The notes: generated from the sequence alone by a model not told the origin. Positions 25,601 to 37,137 are shown, counted from the stretch's first letter. The stretch is DNA of 64,000 bases from Prochlorococcus sp. AG-355-J04 (GCA_003280885.1 QCDN01000002.1:9810-73809); one strand, 5' to 3'. Program-made: numbers and translations.

Positions 25601-27151
25601 GTGAAATACATTTTTATAATTTTTTTTAGTTTTTGTGGTTTATTTTTTAATAATGGTTTAAAGGCTGCTGAAAAGATTAATATTAAATTTGAAGAGATGG
25701 AAATCCCTCTTACTATAGAACAATTATCAAAATTAGAAAAATACAAAGATGAATCAACAGAATTAATAGATTGGTTAAAAAAAAATGGATTAATAAGAGT
25801 TTTTGAATTATCAAAATTTTTAGAATTTCCAGTTTTCAAGGAAGAGGGATTAAATAGAGAAATATTAAGAAGTTGGATAGGGCGTAAAATTCTTACAGAA
25901 TTAAGCAAAAGCATTAGAGTCCCAAATGACAATAATGGAACAGAAATTTATAACACTATAGAAAATTTACTAGATCAAAAAAAAGAAGTTTCAACTTTAG
26001 AAATCATAAAGGCATTACCATCAGAAGAAATTTCACTAGATATAGATAATTTAATTTTAATAATTTCATCTTGGAAAAATGAATTATCAATGCAACAAGA
26101 ACTGTTATCCAAATTAAATAAACTTGAAAGAACGACCCAAAATTCCTTCAAAAATACTGATAAAAAATCAACTCAAGATCTAATAAAAATTGATAAAAAA
26201 ATTTATGCTCCTCACCGAGTGAAACCTTTTGAAATTGAAATATGGAAAGGCAATAAAACAAATAATGATAAAGAACTGATAATTTTCATGCCAGGACTTG
26301 GAGGTGAAATTAATAATTTCAAATGGATAGGCAATGAATTTGCTAGAAGAGGTTGGCCAATATTATTCATTGATCATAGAGGGAGTAATTTGGAGTCATT
26401 TATAGAAGTACTCGAAGGTAAGGAAACGATACCAGGAAGTGCAGACTTTTTCTTATATAGAATTAAAGATTTAGATGCTGTATTAAAAGCTCATAAAAAT
26501 GGAGAATTTGGTTTACCTAATGATTCTTATATTTTAATGGGGCATTCACTTGGTGCTTTAATAGCACTTTTATATGAAGGCAATAAACCTAATGATCAAC
26601 TAGAGTACAAATGTGGTTCGGCATTAAAAGACTTTGCAGTAACAAATTTATCTAAATTACTTCAATGTCAGTTAAGTGAGATACCATTTCCTAAGAAAAA
26701 TAACACCTATAAGGCCAGTGCGATTATAGGTTTTAATTCATTTGGCAGTTTAGTATGGCCAAAAGAAAATAGTACAGACATTAAAACACCAACTCTTCTA
26801 ATAGGTGGTACCTATGACCTTATTACACCATTAATGAATGAACAATTTAGAGTTTTTTCTGCTTTAAATAATCCATCAAATAGATTTCTAATTATTGAAG
26901 GAGCAAGTCATTTCTCTCCAATAAGAATTAATAAAAGCAAGGCAGAAAATAATGACGTCTTCAAAATAAGTGAATCTTTTATTGGTTCAGAACCAAAATT
27001 AGTACAAGATTTATCTACGAAATTTATGGTTGAATTTTTAAAAAATATAAAAGACCAAAAGATCCCTTCAGTAGTTAAAAACCAAAGATATTTGGGACTT
27101 GATTTCCATCTTTTAGATCTTGAAACAATAAAAGAAATTTCCGAAAATTAG
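25601..27151 (+). CDS. DUF1400-containing alpha/beta hydrolase
   Basis: PGLGG, DHRGSN, GHSLG, D..TP and ASHFS motifs. Confidence 0.85.
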   Translation: MKYIFIIFFSFCGLFFNNGLKAAEKINIKFEEMEIPLTIEQLSKLEKYKDESTELIDWLKKNGLIRVFELSKFLEFPVFKEEGLNREILRSWIGRKILTELSKSIRVPNDNNGTEIYNTIENLLDQKKEVSTLEIIKALPSEEISLDIDNLILIISSWKNELSMQQELLSKLNKLERTTQNSFKNTDKKSTQDLIKIDKKIYAPHRVKPFEIEIWKGNKTNNDKELIIFMPGLGGEINNFKWIGNEFARRGWPILFIDHRGSNLESFIEVLEGKETIPGSADFFLYRIKDLDAVLKAHKNGEFGLPNDSYILMGHSLGALIALLYEGNKPNDQLEYKCGSALKDFAVTNLSKLLQCQLSEIPFPKKNNTYKASAIIGFNSFGSLVWPKENSTDIKTPTLLIGGTYDLITPLMNEQFRVFSALNNPSNRFLIIEGASHFSPIRINKSKAENNDVFKISESFIGSEPKLVQDLSTKFMVEFLKNIKDQKIPSVVKNQRYLGLDFHLLDLETIKEISEN

Positions 27152-28170
27152 TACTCAATTCGTGGATCTAAATATGCGATCAAAATATCCACAAAGAGAT
27201 TTAAAGAAACTATGAGCATAGAGGTAAAAATTACAATGCCTTGAACCAAGGTATAGTCTCTTTGAGAAATAGCTTCATGTAATCTTAAAGCTATACCTGG
27301 CCATGAAAAAGTTACCTCGAACAATAGAGCACCTCCTGCTAATGACGCCATAGTCAAACCAGAAATAGTGACAATTGGCAATAGAGCATTAGGCAATGCA
27401 TGGTTTAAAAATATTTTTTTCCTTGATATTCCTCTACATATAGCTGCATTTACATAATCACTTTTAAATGTCTTATCCAAATTTACTCTTAATGAGCGGC
27501 TGAATATACCACTTAATAAAAAGCCAAGGGTAATCGAAGGAAGTGCAAGATGATAAAGACTATCTTTCAAAGTAATAATATTATTTGAAAGAATACTATC
27601 TAAAACTAGAAAACCTGTAATTTGAGGTTGTTGCTGAAATATTGGAAATCTACCTCCAATCGGGGAAATATTAAAAAATACAGAAAAAAATAATTGCGCT
27701 AACATTGCGCCCCAAAAAGGAGGGATCGCATATGTAGCAATTCCCAACATTCTCGCAATATAATCAGTTTTTTTCCCTCTATTTCTTAAGCCAATTAATC
27801 CCAATGAAAAACCTATAAGTGTGGCACTTAATAATGAAAAGAATCCAAGCTCAAGACTTGCAGGCAATGACTTAATAATAATATTTAGGACTGGCTCTTG
27901 GGTGCTAAGAGATTGGCCAAAATCTAAGTGCAATATATTTTTTATATATGAAAAATATTGATTTACTAAAGGTTCATTTAGCCCCAATTTATTTCGTAGA
28001 AATTCCCTAGAAACCTCATCTGCACCAGATCCGAGTATGGCATCGACAGGATCCCCGGGAGCAACTCTTAACAAAATAAAAACTAATGAAGAAATTATCC
28101 ATAACATTATCGGTATCAATGAAATTTTTAATAAGGAATAATTTAGTAGTTTATTTAAATTTCTACTCAT
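27148..28170 (-). CDS. dppB: Peptide/nickel ABC transporter permease
   Basis: APGDP, LDFGQS, HALPNA, EVTFSWPG and YLDPRI motifs. Confidence 0.9.
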   Translation of the reverse strand: MSRNLNKLLNYSLLKISLIPIMLWIISSLVFILLRVAPGDPVDAILGSGADEVSREFLRNKLGLNEPLVNQYFSYIKNILHLDFGQSLSTQEPVLNIIIKSLPASLELGFFSLLSATLIGFSLGLIGLRNRGKKTDYIARMLGIATYAIPPFWGAMLAQLFFSVFFNISPIGGRFPIFQQQPQITGFLVLDSILSNNIITLKDSLYHLALPSITLGFLLSGIFSRSLRVNLDKTFKSDYVNAAICRGISRKKIFLNHALPNALLPIVTISGLTMASLAGGALLFEVTFSWPGIALRLHEAISQRDYTLVQGIVIFTSMLIVSLNLFVDILIAYLDPRIEY

Positions 28171-29734
28171 TAATTAACTCAAGATCACTCAATGAAATTA
28201 TTCCTGCACCATTAAAAATAGGTTTTGATATTTTATTTTGAGACCATGCTTTTTGAGAGGATATCCAAATAGGAATATAAGGAATTGATTCTGATGCAAT
28301 ATTTTCAATTTTTATTAAATTATTCAATCTATAATTTCCAAACATGGAGTCGCTTTCTTTAAATAAATTCTCTATTTGTTTTGAGGCCCAAAAACTACCG
28401 CTCAAAACAGATTCACCTTCTTTACAATAATTTTCAATAATTTCACTACAACTTAATAAAGGTTTGAGGTAAGCTTCAGGATCAGAATATAGGCCTGTCC
28501 AGTCATAAATTGCAGCAGCATATACCCCTTTGGAAAGATTTTCATACATTGTTGTTGACTCCACTCCGTCAATATCTATTGAAATACAATCTGATAAATT
28601 ATTTCTGATATCTTGTTGGATTATTAGAGAAATCAATTTATCTGAAGGAACATTAGATCTATATGTCAAAGGGAAATTAAGTTTATTTCCATTACAAAAT
28701 CCTTCTCTCTCAAGAAGAATTCTTGACTCTTTAGGATTATATTCTGGCCATAAGTCTTGATTACTTTCCTTGAATATTGGAGGTACAATATTTCTTAAAG
28801 GTTTTCTCAAGTTGTAACTAACTTTTTTACTAATTAAATTTCTGTTAATACTTTTGGATATTGCTAATCGTATGTTAAAGATATTAAACGGGTATGAATT
28901 TGTTCTAAGACTTATAAATGTTATTTGAGTTTCAGGAGCAACTCCTTCTCTGATTTTTTTTTCTTTACTAGATAAATTTAATTTATTTCGTTGAATATCT
29001 TCAATTGAATTAGACAATAGCACATCAATTTGTTTACTTTTAAGAGCGCCAAAAAGGGAAGATGAATTTTCATAACCGATAAAATTTATACCATCATTTT
29101 TTGGCTGCAAGCCCCAGTATCTAGTATTAGGTTCAATAAGTTGTTTTTCATTAGAGAAATTTTTGAGAAAATATTTACCTGTTCCAATAAAATTATCATT
29201 TAAAAATTTATTCGAATAATCTTTATAAAAAGTTGGAGAAACAGGTGTTAAATTTAAAGAAGTTAATAAAGCATTAATTGAACTTGATGGTTTATTCAAA
29301 TTAAGAACAAGCTGAAACTTAGAGGGGGTTTCAATAAAATTAATTTTATCTCCCAAAATATAATTATTTATGCCAATTCGCCTGAACCTATCAATAGTAA
29401 ATTTCATTGCCTTGGCATCAAATTTAGTCCCATCGTGAAAGTAAATATCCTCTTTTAAATTAATAGTTATTTTCAACTTATCATCAGAAATAATTGGCAT
29501 ACCCAATGCCAGTTCAGGCACTAATTTCCCATCGCTATTTATTACATATAAGGTATCCCCCAAAGATGATAATAATTGAAACGCTTTTAAAGTAGTTACT
29601 CTAGCAGGATCTAAAGATTCAATTTTACCAAAACTTGCAACAATTATTCTTTTGGAATTATTTTTGGGTACACAAGAAACCTGTGCCATCGAGAGCAGAA
29701 AAATAAAAAAAGATATAAATAATTTATTTTGCAT
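28163..29734 (-). CDS. dppA: Peptide/nickel ABC transporter substrate-binding lipoprotein (family 5)
   Basis: Lipobox-like VSC, SLDPA, FHDGT.F, GTG.Y and PYIPIW motifs. Confidence 0.88.
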   Translation of the reverse strand: MQNKLFISFFIFLLSMAQVSCVPKNNSKRIIVASFGKIESLDPARVTTLKAFQLLSSLGDTLYVINSDGKLVPELALGMPIISDDKLKITINLKEDIYFHDGTKFDAKAMKFTIDRFRRIGINNYILGDKINFIETPSKFQLVLNLNKPSSSINALLTSLNLTPVSPTFYKDYSNKFLNDNFIGTGKYFLKNFSNEKQLIEPNTRYWGLQPKNDGINFIGYENSSSLFGALKSKQIDVLLSNSIEDIQRNKLNLSSKEKKIREGVAPETQITFISLRTNSYPFNIFNIRLAISKSINRNLISKKVSYNLRKPLRNIVPPIFKESNQDLWPEYNPKESRILLEREGFCNGNKLNFPLTYRSNVPSDKLISLIIQQDIRNNLSDCISIDIDGVESTTMYENLSKGVYAAAIYDWTGLYSDPEAYLKPLLSCSEIIENYCKEGESVLSGSFWASKQIENLFKESDSMFGNYRLNNLIKIENIASESIPYIPIWISSQKAWSQNKISKPIFNGAGIISLSDLELINE

Positions 29735-29743
29735 TATTAATTT

Positions 29744-30028
29744 TTAAAATATAACTTCATTACTAAAATCATTAGAACATAAAACTTGTATGGTTATTTG
29801 ACTTATATTCAAAGCAAATGTTTTTTTAGAATTACAGTCAAAAGGCCACTCTCTCACCCAACACATTTTTTTTTCTTGATTTAAACCAATTACTTGAAAA
29901 GTATTATTATTATTTTTTATTTTTACACAAGCTCCTTTGTAGAGGTTTTCAGAACAAATTAAATTATTATTGTCAATTTTATTGTCTAATTGTTTTGAAT
30001 GAATCATTAAGGTGTTAGAACCAAACAC
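29744..30028 (-). CDS. Hypothetical protein
   Basis: GACV...FQVIG...CWVREWP pattern; start uncertain. Confidence 0.65.
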   Translation of the reverse strand: MFGSNTLMIHSKQLDNKIDNNNLICSENLYKGACVKIKNNNNTFQVIGLNQEKKMCWVREWPFDCNSKKTFALNISQITIQVLCSNDFSNEVIF

Positions 30029-30078
30029 TTACTACCTTCGGTTTACCAAGCTATAAAGAAATTTGCAAACTATTATTT

Positions 30079-31380
30079 TTAAATGCAACTTAATTGACTT
30101 GCAATAATTTTGACTTCATTGAGCGAATTTATTTCATCTTTTGATCTCTCAAAATCTCCATTCTTTACCTCATGAGTAATAACGACAATTTCAGCTTTAC
30201 CCTCACTTGCATCTAGTTGAACAATTGATTCGATTGATACATTATTCTTTCCAAAAATATCTCCAATCTTTCCTATGACGCCTGGACTATCAAGACAAAT
30301 AATTCTAAGATAGTTTTTTTTATTTATTTGTGAAGATTCAATAATATGACAGTTTCTCCAGAAATAATAAGATAATAATGGATCGATTGAATTATTATTT
30401 TTTACTGAGGCGGCATGCAGATTTAATATATCTGATACTACTGACGCAGCAGTTGGGCCACTCCCTGCACCTGGACCATATAACATTATCTCTCCAAGAG
30501 GATCAGCCTCTATCAATAAGGCATTATTAACTCCCTTGACTGTTGCCAATGGATGAGATTTTGGAATCAAAGAAGGTCCTACCCAAATATTCAAAGCGAG
30601 TGAATCATTACTATTAATTTGTCCCCTTTCGGAGAGCGCTAAAAGTTTTATTTCAAACCCTAATTTATTGGCATATTCGATATCCTTTAGATTAATTTTA
30701 CTTATGCCCTCAGAATGAATCTCCTCTCTTTTGATTTTCCCTCCAAATGCAAGTTCACTAAGAATTGAAATCTTATCTGCAGCATCATGGCCCTCAACAT
30801 CTGCAGTTGGATCAAATTCTGCATATCCAAGGCTTTGGGCCAATTTCAAGGTCTCATTGTAATCAGCTTTTTCATTTGTCATCTTTGAAAGAATAAAATT
30901 TGTTGTGCCATTTATTATCCCAACCATTTTTTTTATGCTGTTACTTTTTAATGATCTTTTTAAGGGTTCAATTATAGGAATCCCCCCGCAAACTGCCGCC
31001 TCTGACAATATATAAACTCCTTCTTTAGATGCAGTTTTATATATTTCTTCTCCATATCTTGCAATGACTGCTTTATTTGCTGTGACAACAGATTTACCTA
31101 ATTTTAATGATTGCAGAATAATATCTTTTGCTAAATCAACCCCACCCATTACTTCAACAATTACATCTATAGAAGGATCATTAATTAATTTAAATGGATC
31201 ATCAGTTAATAAATTATTATCTAGCTCGATATTCCTTTTTTTATTAAGATCTTTAACTGCTATTTTTGCAATTTCTATTTCTTTAAGAATTGGATGTGAA
31301 TCAACTTTAGAACTTAATATTTTATAAATCCCTGAACCTACAGTTCCAAAACCTACGATCCCAATTTTGCATTTTCTCAT
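30079..31380 (-). CDS. hom: Homoserine dehydrogenase with C-terminal ACT domain
   Basis: GFGTVG, VTANK, GGIPII, AEFDPTADVEG and GPGAG motifs. Confidence 0.96.
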   Translation of the reverse strand: MRKCKIGIVGFGTVGSGIYKILSSKVDSHPILKEIEIAKIAVKDLNKKRNIELDNNLLTDDPFKLINDPSIDVIVEVMGGVDLAKDIILQSLKLGKSVVTANKAVIARYGEEIYKTASKEGVYILSEAAVCGGIPIIEPLKRSLKSNSIKKMVGIINGTTNFILSKMTNEKADYNETLKLAQSLGYAEFDPTADVEGHDAADKISILSELAFGGKIKREEIHSEGISKINLKDIEYANKLGFEIKLLALSERGQINSNDSLALNIWVGPSLIPKSHPLATVKGVNNALLIEADPLGEIMLYGPGAGSGPTAASVVSDILNLHAASVKNNNSIDPLLSYYFWRNCHIIESSQINKKNYLRIICLDSPGVIGKIGDIFGKNNVSIESIVQLDASEGKAEIVVITHEVKNGDFERSKDEINSLNEVKIIASQLSCI

Positions 31381-31424
31381 TTTTTATTTCTTTTAACTTT
31401 GAGTTTAATTTTATATTATTAGGC

Positions 31425-31844
31425 CTACAAAAATTCATTTGCTTGAGACTGCATTTTCAACAATATGTTTAAAAAACCATTTGACCGAGAAGGAGTTAAG
31501 CTTGATCTTAAACCAGTATCTTCAATAAATTTCTTATCTATTTTAATAACCTCATTTGGTGTTAATTCATTTAACCCAGTAATTAAAAATGCTAACAAAC
31601 CCTTGGTTATTAGGGCATCAGAATATCCTTCCCAAAATAATTTACCACCTTTAATATTTGCCTTAACAAAAACTTCTGAAACGCATCCCTTAACTTTATT
31701 TTCTTCAACAAGGATTTCATTATCTGGTTCTTTCAATTTTTTCCCTAACCACAAAATGTATTCATATTTTCTTTTTGGATCTTCTGATTTCTTCAACTTT
31801 TCTACTAATCTTGATAAATTATTGTATTTTTCCTGATTTTCCAT
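31425..31844 (-). CDS. sufE: SufE Fe-S sulfur acceptor
   Basis: VKGCVSEV, SDA.ITKG and LTPSRSNG motifs. Confidence 0.93.
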   Translation of the reverse strand: MENQEKYNNLSRLVEKLKKSEDPKRKYEYILWLGKKLKEPDNEILVEENKVKGCVSEVFVKANIKGGKLFWEGYSDALITKGLLAFLITGLNELTPNEVIKIDKKFIEDTGLRSSLTPSRSNGFLNILLKMQSQANEFL

Positions 31845-31883
31845 TTTTTAAAACTATAAATTAATCGCTTAATTAGTTCTCTA

Positions 31884-32441
31884 TTATACAAATATTTCTT
31901 TTTCTGTGATAAACCCTGTCAAAGGAATATCCCAGGCAGCTCTGGCTAATGGAATCGTACTTACACAATTTGAAGTTAATACTCCAATGCATGGAACATT
32001 TCTCCAATTATTATCTTTCCTTAATTTATCAAAATAACCTCCACCATAACCTAACCTAATTAAATTTTTATCAACGGAAAGACATGGAACAAGCATCATG
32101 CTTATCTGCAAATGACTTAATGGGGAAGAGTTATTTGGACTTAGTATACCCTCAGAATCTTTGGTAAGAGGTTTTTCATCCCAAGGATAAAATAACAACT
32201 CTTTTTTATCACTACATCTAGGCAAAGCTAAAGTAAATTTTTTCTTAAGACTTGTTATATCTACTTCATTTTTTAGGGGCCAATATATTGCTATATAACC
32301 AATATTTTTATATCCCCTAACAAATGAATCAACATATAATCTTACATTCTTTTCTACATTTTTCCTTTGATTAAGAGAAATCCTATCTCTGAGTTTTCTA
32401 AACGAAACCCTCTCCAATTTCTTATTTTCAAAGATCGTCAT
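31884..32441 (-). CDS. 5-formyltetrahydrofolate cyclo-ligase
   Basis: RLGYGGGYFD motif. Confidence 0.92.
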   Translation of the reverse strand: MTIFENKKLERVSFRKLRDRISLNQRKNVEKNVRLYVDSFVRGYKNIGYIAIYWPLKNEVDITSLKKKFTLALPRCSDKKELLFYPWDEKPLTKDSEGILSPNNSSPLSHLQISMMLVPCLSVDKNLIRLGYGGGYFDKLRKDNNWRNVPCIGVLTSNCVSTIPLARAAWDIPLTGFITEKEIFV

Positions 32442-32449
32442 ATTAATTT

Positions 32450-32923
32450 TTAGTTAAAGCCATCTTCATTTAGTTTTGTGAGTGCTATCGCCAATGCATC
32501 TGCTGAATCATCTGGTTTTGGAGGTTTGTCAAGATCTAAATCATACATAACAGCCTCAAGAATATCTCTCTTGGATGCCTTTCCAGACCCAGCAATTGTT
32601 AATTTTATCTGAGCAGGTGAATATTCACTAACATGAATTTTTTTAGAGGCCAATACCATCATAATGACACCTCTAGCCTGCACCACACTAATGGTAGTGC
32701 TTGACCTGTAAAAGAAAAATTTTTCTACCGCCGCTGCAGTAGGATTCCAATGATTTATTAATTCATTAAGATCTTGGAATATCTCATAAAGTCTATCTTC
32801 TTCTTTTTTATCTTTACCTGTCTCAATAACGCCGCAATCTAATAATACCTTTCTTTCATTTTCTATTTCTATTATTCCATAACCAACTCTAGCTAATCCA
32901 GGGTCAATCCCAATTATTCTCAC
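32450..32923 (-). CDS. ruvC: Holliday junction resolvase RuvC
   Basis: IIGIDPG, VEKFFF and PDDSADALA motifs. Confidence 0.96.
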   Translation of the reverse strand: MRIIGIDPGLARVGYGIIEIENERKVLLDCGVIETGKDKKEEDRLYEIFQDLNELINHWNPTAAAVEKFFFYRSSTTISVVQARGVIMMVLASKKIHVSEYSPAQIKLTIAGSGKASKRDILEAVMYDLDLDKPPKPDDSADALAIALTKLNEDGFN

Positions 32924-32928
32924 TGTTA

Positions 32929-34017
32929 TTAAGCTTCAGCAGACAATTGAAATCTTGAAAGATTTTCTTTTGCATCTAAATCGAATACTTTACAAAAAGC
33001 TTGAATGACTCTTTCACCTGAATCAACTTGTTCTAGAGGGTCTTTTCTTAGTCTATGTCTTAAAGAACAAGAAATAACCCTTGCTATGTCATCTTCTTGC
33101 ACTTCAGTTCTGCCCTCAAAGGCTGCAATTGCTCTTGCAGACCTATTTGTAACAATATCTCCACGTAAACCATCAACATCTAGTTCTCCGCAGATTGCAG
33201 AAATATTCAATCTTAGATCATCGTCCATTTGAACAGAATTTAATATTTCTTGAGCATTAATAACCTTTTGTTGAAGTTCATCCTGTTGTTTCTCAACACT
33301 TATTGAAAACTCATCAGGATTATCGTCAAAAGAAGTTCTTTGATCTACAACTTGAACTCTTAATTCAGCATCTCTAACTGTCTTAACCTCAACACTCATT
33401 CCAAACCTATCCAATAGTTGAGGCCTTAATTCACCCTCTTCCGGATTGCCTGAACCAATAAGGACAAATCTCGCAGGATGTCTAACTGAAACTCCCTCCC
33501 TTTCAACTGTATTCCATCCTGAAGCGGCCGAATCTAGAAGTACATCAACTAAATGATCATCAAGCAAATTGACTTCATCAACGTATAGTAGTCCCCTATT
33601 AGCTTTAGCCAACAATCCTGGTTCGAATGCCTTAACACCTTCACTCAAAGCCTTCTCTATATCAATGGTTCCACAAAGCCTGTCTTCAGTGGCACCTAAA
33701 GGCAAGTCAACCATAGGTACTTGTTTTTGAATACTCTCTAGATTTTCTCCTTGAGTGATTTTTTCCAAAACTTCTTTACTTTGCAAATCAGGATCGACTA
33801 GAGAACTGTTATATGGATCGTCTTTAACAACATCAATTGCAGGCAACAAATCAGCTAAGGCTCTTATTGTAGTAGACTTTCCAGTCCCTCTATCACCCAT
33901 TATCATCACGCCTCCAATTCTTGGATCAATAACATTTAACAAAAGAGCCAATTTCATTTCTTCTTGACCAATTACAGCTGTAAAAGGAAAAACTCTTCTT
34001 TTCTTTGTTGTAGGCAC
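32929..34017 (-). CDS. chlI: Magnesium chelatase subunit I
   Basis: [32 protein letters not shown] and [15 protein letters not shown] motifs. Confidence 0.97.
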   Translation of the reverse strand: MPTTKKRRVFPFTAVIGQEEMKLALLLNVIDPRIGGVMIMGDRGTGKSTTIRALADLLPAIDVVKDDPYNSSLVDPDLQSKEVLEKITQGENLESIQKQVPMVDLPLGATEDRLCGTIDIEKALSEGVKAFEPGLLAKANRGLLYVDEVNLLDDHLVDVLLDSAASGWNTVEREGVSVRHPARFVLIGSGNPEEGELRPQLLDRFGMSVEVKTVRDAELRVQVVDQRTSFDDNPDEFSISVEKQQDELQQKVINAQEILNSVQMDDDLRLNISAICGELDVDGLRGDIVTNRSARAIAAFEGRTEVQEDDIARVISCSLRHRLRKDPLEQVDSGERVIQAFCKVFDLDAKENLSRFQLSAEA

Positions 34018-34139
34018 AGTTTTAGTTTTCTTAATTATTCAAATAATCAATAGATGTTACTTCAGAAAATGTTTTTAGTAAATATCACTTTTAAATTAAA
34101 ACTACAAAGAAATAAAATTTAATGTAAATAATTATATAA

Positions 34140-34889
34140 CTAATTTTTTTTGGAATTCTTCAAAAACCAGTTTATTTGATGGACAATTCCCCTTAAAACA
34201 TTTATTTCGTGCATTGATGTATTTGCCCTTAAAATAAAATTCTTAAATTTACTGATTTTAAGCTTAGAAGTATGTTTTAAGAGATATCCAACTCCCAAAA
34301 GCATTTCCTCTATTTCCACAAATGTATCATGTATTTCTTTCGATGATGCTAAGTTAAATACTTTTAATTCATTATTTAAATTCTTTTTAGAAGACTTATT
34401 TAATTCATACAAAACTATTGAAACAGCGTGAGAAAGATTTAATGAAGGATTATTCTGAGAAGTTGGGATATTAAAAGTTTTATTTGCCAGAAGCAATTCA
34501 CTATTAGTTAAACCTCTATCTTCTCTTCCAAATATAATTGCTAAATTATGTATTTTTTTAAAAGATAAAGTCCAATCAAATATATCTTCAGAAGACTCAA
34601 AAAATGAATCTTTATTTACATCAATCCTTCCACAAGATGCTAGAACTAAATCACAATCAAAAATTGCTTTTTGAAGATCATCAAAAATCTTGCAATGTTC
34701 AAGAAATTTTTGACCTTTAAGTGCCATTTTTTTCGCTTCTAGAGAGAAGATATCACATTTTGGAGAAACAATTCTTAATTCATCAACTTCAAAATTACTG
34801 CATAATCTAGCAATGCTCCCTACATTTAAGGGGCCATTTGGTTCAACTAATATTACCTTTAAATTAGAAAAATTTTTCCCCAAAATCAT
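34140..34889 (-). CDS. TrmJ/LasT-family SpoU RNA methyltransferase
   Basis: NVGSIAR, IFGREDRGL and PSLNLSHA motifs. Confidence 0.92.
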   Translation of the reverse strand: MILGKNFSNLKVILVEPNGPLNVGSIARLCSNFEVDELRIVSPKCDIFSLEAKKMALKGQKFLEHCKIFDDLQKAIFDCDLVLASCGRIDVNKDSFFESSEDIFDWTLSFKKIHNLAIIFGREDRGLTNSELLLANKTFNIPTSQNNPSLNLSHAVSIVLYELNKSSKKNLNNELKVFNLASSKEIHDTFVEIEEMLLGVGYLLKHTSKLKISKFKNFILRANTSMHEINVLRGIVHQINWFLKNSKKN

Positions 34890-35272
34890 TCAAGGCTATG
34901 AAGATACTTTAATAGGTTGGACATATTTACGGGATCAATTTCAAAACTTGGCATAGGAGGAGTTAGGCCTCCAGTAACTTGTTTTATTATCTCTTTATCA
35001 TTCAAACGTTGAGTTATTGAGTGTAAGTCTGGGCCCACTAAACCTCTTGCTGTAATTCCATGACATCCAACACAATTTATCTTAAAAAGAGCATCTCCTT
35101 CGTCAGCAGAACCATTAAGATGAAGAGTTTCAATAATATATTGATTATTTTCATTATGATTGACGAAAAATATTGAAAAACAAATTAATAAAATTCCAAA
35201 AACAATAAAAAAAATTTTTAAGAATTCTCTCTTTAAGTCTCTTTCTGCTGCAGATGATGAAGATGTTGACAC
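34886..35272 (-). CDS. cytM: Cytochrome cM
   Basis: N-terminal TM, CVGCH heme motif, GPDL and PPMP. Confidence 0.9.
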   Translation of the reverse strand: MSTSSSSAAERDLKREFLKIFFIVFGILLICFSIFFVNHNENNQYIIETLHLNGSADEGDALFKINCVGCHGITARGLVGPDLHSITQRLNDKEIIKQVTGGLTPPMPSFEIDPVNMSNLLKYLHSLE

Positions 35273-35327
35273 AAAAAATAGTCTCTATGTAACAATTGTG
35301 AGTAAGAAATTCAAAAAAGGCAAAAAA

Positions 35328-35447
35328 ATGATCGAGCCTCTTCTATGTGGAATTGTTTTAGGTTTAGTTCCAATAACTCTTCTTGGATTATTCGTAAGTG
35401 CATGGAATCAATACAGAAGAGGTTCAGGGATGCTTGACATTGATTAA
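35328..35447 (+). CDS. petG: Cytochrome b6f subunit V
   Basis: [32 protein letters not shown], the C-terminal part of track ORF 35160..35447. Confidence 0.96.
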   Translation: MIEPLLCGIVLGLVPITLLGLFVSAWNQYRRGSGMLDID

Positions 35448-36023
35448 AAATGTTAATCTTGACTGTCCATAGTTCCTTATATCTATAGTTTCCCACAAAG
35501 TACTTTTTTTAATAAATAAGTTTGGAGAATGTTCACAAATAACAATTGAATCTTTTTTTAAAAAATTACAATTGAATAATTGATTTAAAACTAAATCATG
35601 GAAATCAACCTCGTATGGAGGATCTAGATAAACAAAATCAAATTTTAATTTGTTTAAATCGATATTTCTAGATAATAAATTTCTCTTATAATTTGGTTTT
35701 GTCCACTTCAAAACATCTTTACAAATAACTTCGATATCATTTCTCCTATTCTCTATATTCTCCAACGAAAGTAAATTTTCTAGGCAAACTTTTGAGTTGA
35801 TTTTGTTTTTTTCAATTGCAAGTATTTTTCTTGCCCCGTGATTATAGGCTTCACAAGATATAGCCCCTGTTCCACTAAATAAATCTAACCAATTACTATT
35901 TTCAACTCTATTGTTCAATATATTAAATATTGCCTCTCTCACTCTCAAAGTTGTAGGTCTGGTAAAAGAATTATTTGGACTTTGAAGTTTTTTACCACCT
36001 ATTAATCTTAAGTTTGTCTTCAT
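35424..36023 (-). CDS. rsmD: 16S rRNA m2G966 methyltransferase
   Basis: RPT...[14 protein letters not shown] and YLDPPY motifs. Confidence 0.93.
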   Translation of the reverse strand: MKTNLRLIGGKKLQSPNNSFTRPTTLRVREAIFNILNNRVENSNWLDLFSGTGAISCEAYNHGARKILAIEKNKINSKVCLENLLSLENIENRRNDIEVICKDVLKWTKPNYKRNLLSRNIDLNKLKFDFVYLDPPYEVDFHDLVLNQLFNCNFLKKDSIVICEHSPNLFIKKSTLWETIDIRNYGQSRLTFLINVKHP

Positions 36024-36036
36024 TCCTAATAATCCG

Positions 36037-36654
36037 TTATTGAATATTACTAAGCCATCTTCTCAAAAGTTTTTCTCCAGTTTTACCAGATTTTTCTGGA
36101 TGAAATTGGCAGGCTAATAAATTATCATTCTCAATCATTGCAGTTAATTTTTCGGAACCATAATCAACCTGAGCTGCAATAATATTTGAGTCATCTGGGA
36201 TTGCATGATAGGAATGTACAAAATAGACCCAATTATTTAATTCTTCGAGCTCTAATAAAGTATTTGGTTTTGTAGGTAAAAGTGGGCACCAACCCATATG
36301 TGGGGTTCTTTGGTTAATAATATTTGGTATTTTTTGTATTTTTCCTTTTAAAATTCCCAGCCCTTGAACTTCTCCTTCTTCACTAGATTCAAAAAGGAGT
36401 TGAAGACCTAAACATATCCCGAAAAAAGACTTCCCACTTTTAATCCAATTTTTCAAATCAGTTATCAAGTCCGTATTTATAAGATTATTCATAGCTGGAT
36501 CAAATGCTCCAACTCCTGGAAGTATTATCGCCTTACAAAGCTTAGACTCACTAAAGTTCTTAATTAATATTATCTCTTCTCCAAGACTTTCTAGAGATTT
36601 TGTTACAGAATGGATGTTACCCATCCCATAATCTATAAGTCCAATTTTATGCAA
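36037..36654 (-). CDS. hisH: Imidazole glycerol phosphate synthase glutaminase subunit
   Basis: DYGMGN, PGVG, GICLG, YFVHSY and QFHPEKS motifs. Confidence 0.97.
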   Translation of the reverse strand: MHKIGLIDYGMGNIHSVTKSLESLGEEIILIKNFSESKLCKAIILPGVGAFDPAMNNLINTDLITDLKNWIKSGKSFFGICLGLQLLFESSEEGEVQGLGILKGKIQKIPNIINQRTPHMGWCPLLPTKPNTLLELEELNNWVYFVHSYHAIPDDSNIIAAQVDYGSEKLTAMIENDNLLACQFHPEKSGKTGEKLLRRWLSNIQ

Positions 36655-36665
36655 AGCTATTAAAT

Positions 36666-36989
36666 TTATAAATGCTTACTTAAAGTGCTAGAAAGAGTAG
36701 CTTTTGGAACAGCTCCAACAACGGTATCAACCTTCTGACCCCCTTTAAAGATCATTAATGTAGGAATACTTCTAATTCCGTATTGACTGGCAACATTTGG
36801 ATTCTCATCTGTGTTTAATTTAAAAACTTTAATCTTACCTTCAAAGTCTTTTGAGATTTCTTCTACAACTGGTGCAACCATCCTACATGGACCGCACCAT
36901 GGTGCCCAAAAATCAACCAATACTGGTAGATCACTTTGCAGTACATCCTTGTCAAATGAAGAATCAGTTACGGCTGGAGCTGATGACAT
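36666..36989 (-). CDS. trxA: Thioredoxin (m-type)
   Basis: WCGPC active site. Confidence 0.97.
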   Translation of the reverse strand: MSSAPAVTDSSFDKDVLQSDLPVLVDFWAPWCGPCRMVAPVVEEISKDFEGKIKVFKLNTDENPNVASQYGIRSIPTLMIFKGGQKVDTVVGAVPKATLSSTLSKHL

Positions 36990-37080
36990 AATTTAAGTAT
37001 TCCTTTTTGAAAATTTAGCAGGCAATTCTTTTAAGTGATGATTTCATTACAGATAAAATAATATAAGTAACAAAATATCT

Positions 37081-37137
37081 AAAAAAGCCCGATTAATCGG
37101 GCGATTTAGTGTGTGAGGAGTATGGGGTTTCCCCCAT
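37081..37137 (-). ncRNA. yfr1: Yfr1 sRNA
   Basis: 5' hairpin AUGGGGGAAACCCCAU, unpaired ACUCCUCACAC, terminator GCCCGAUUAAUCGGGC-U6; classic position between guaB and trxA. Confidence 0.95.

Noticed and set aside
27148-29734. Incomplete peptide ABC operon (no dppC or ATPase)
   Set aside because: Split ABC operons are common in picocyanobacteria; the partners are probably elsewhere in the genome
35160-35327. Long N-terminal extension of PetG
   Set aside because: Mostly antisense to cytM; canonical PetG starts at 35328
35424-35447. Convergent 3' overlap of petG and rsmD
   Set aside because: Short tail-to-tail overlaps are routine in this compact genome
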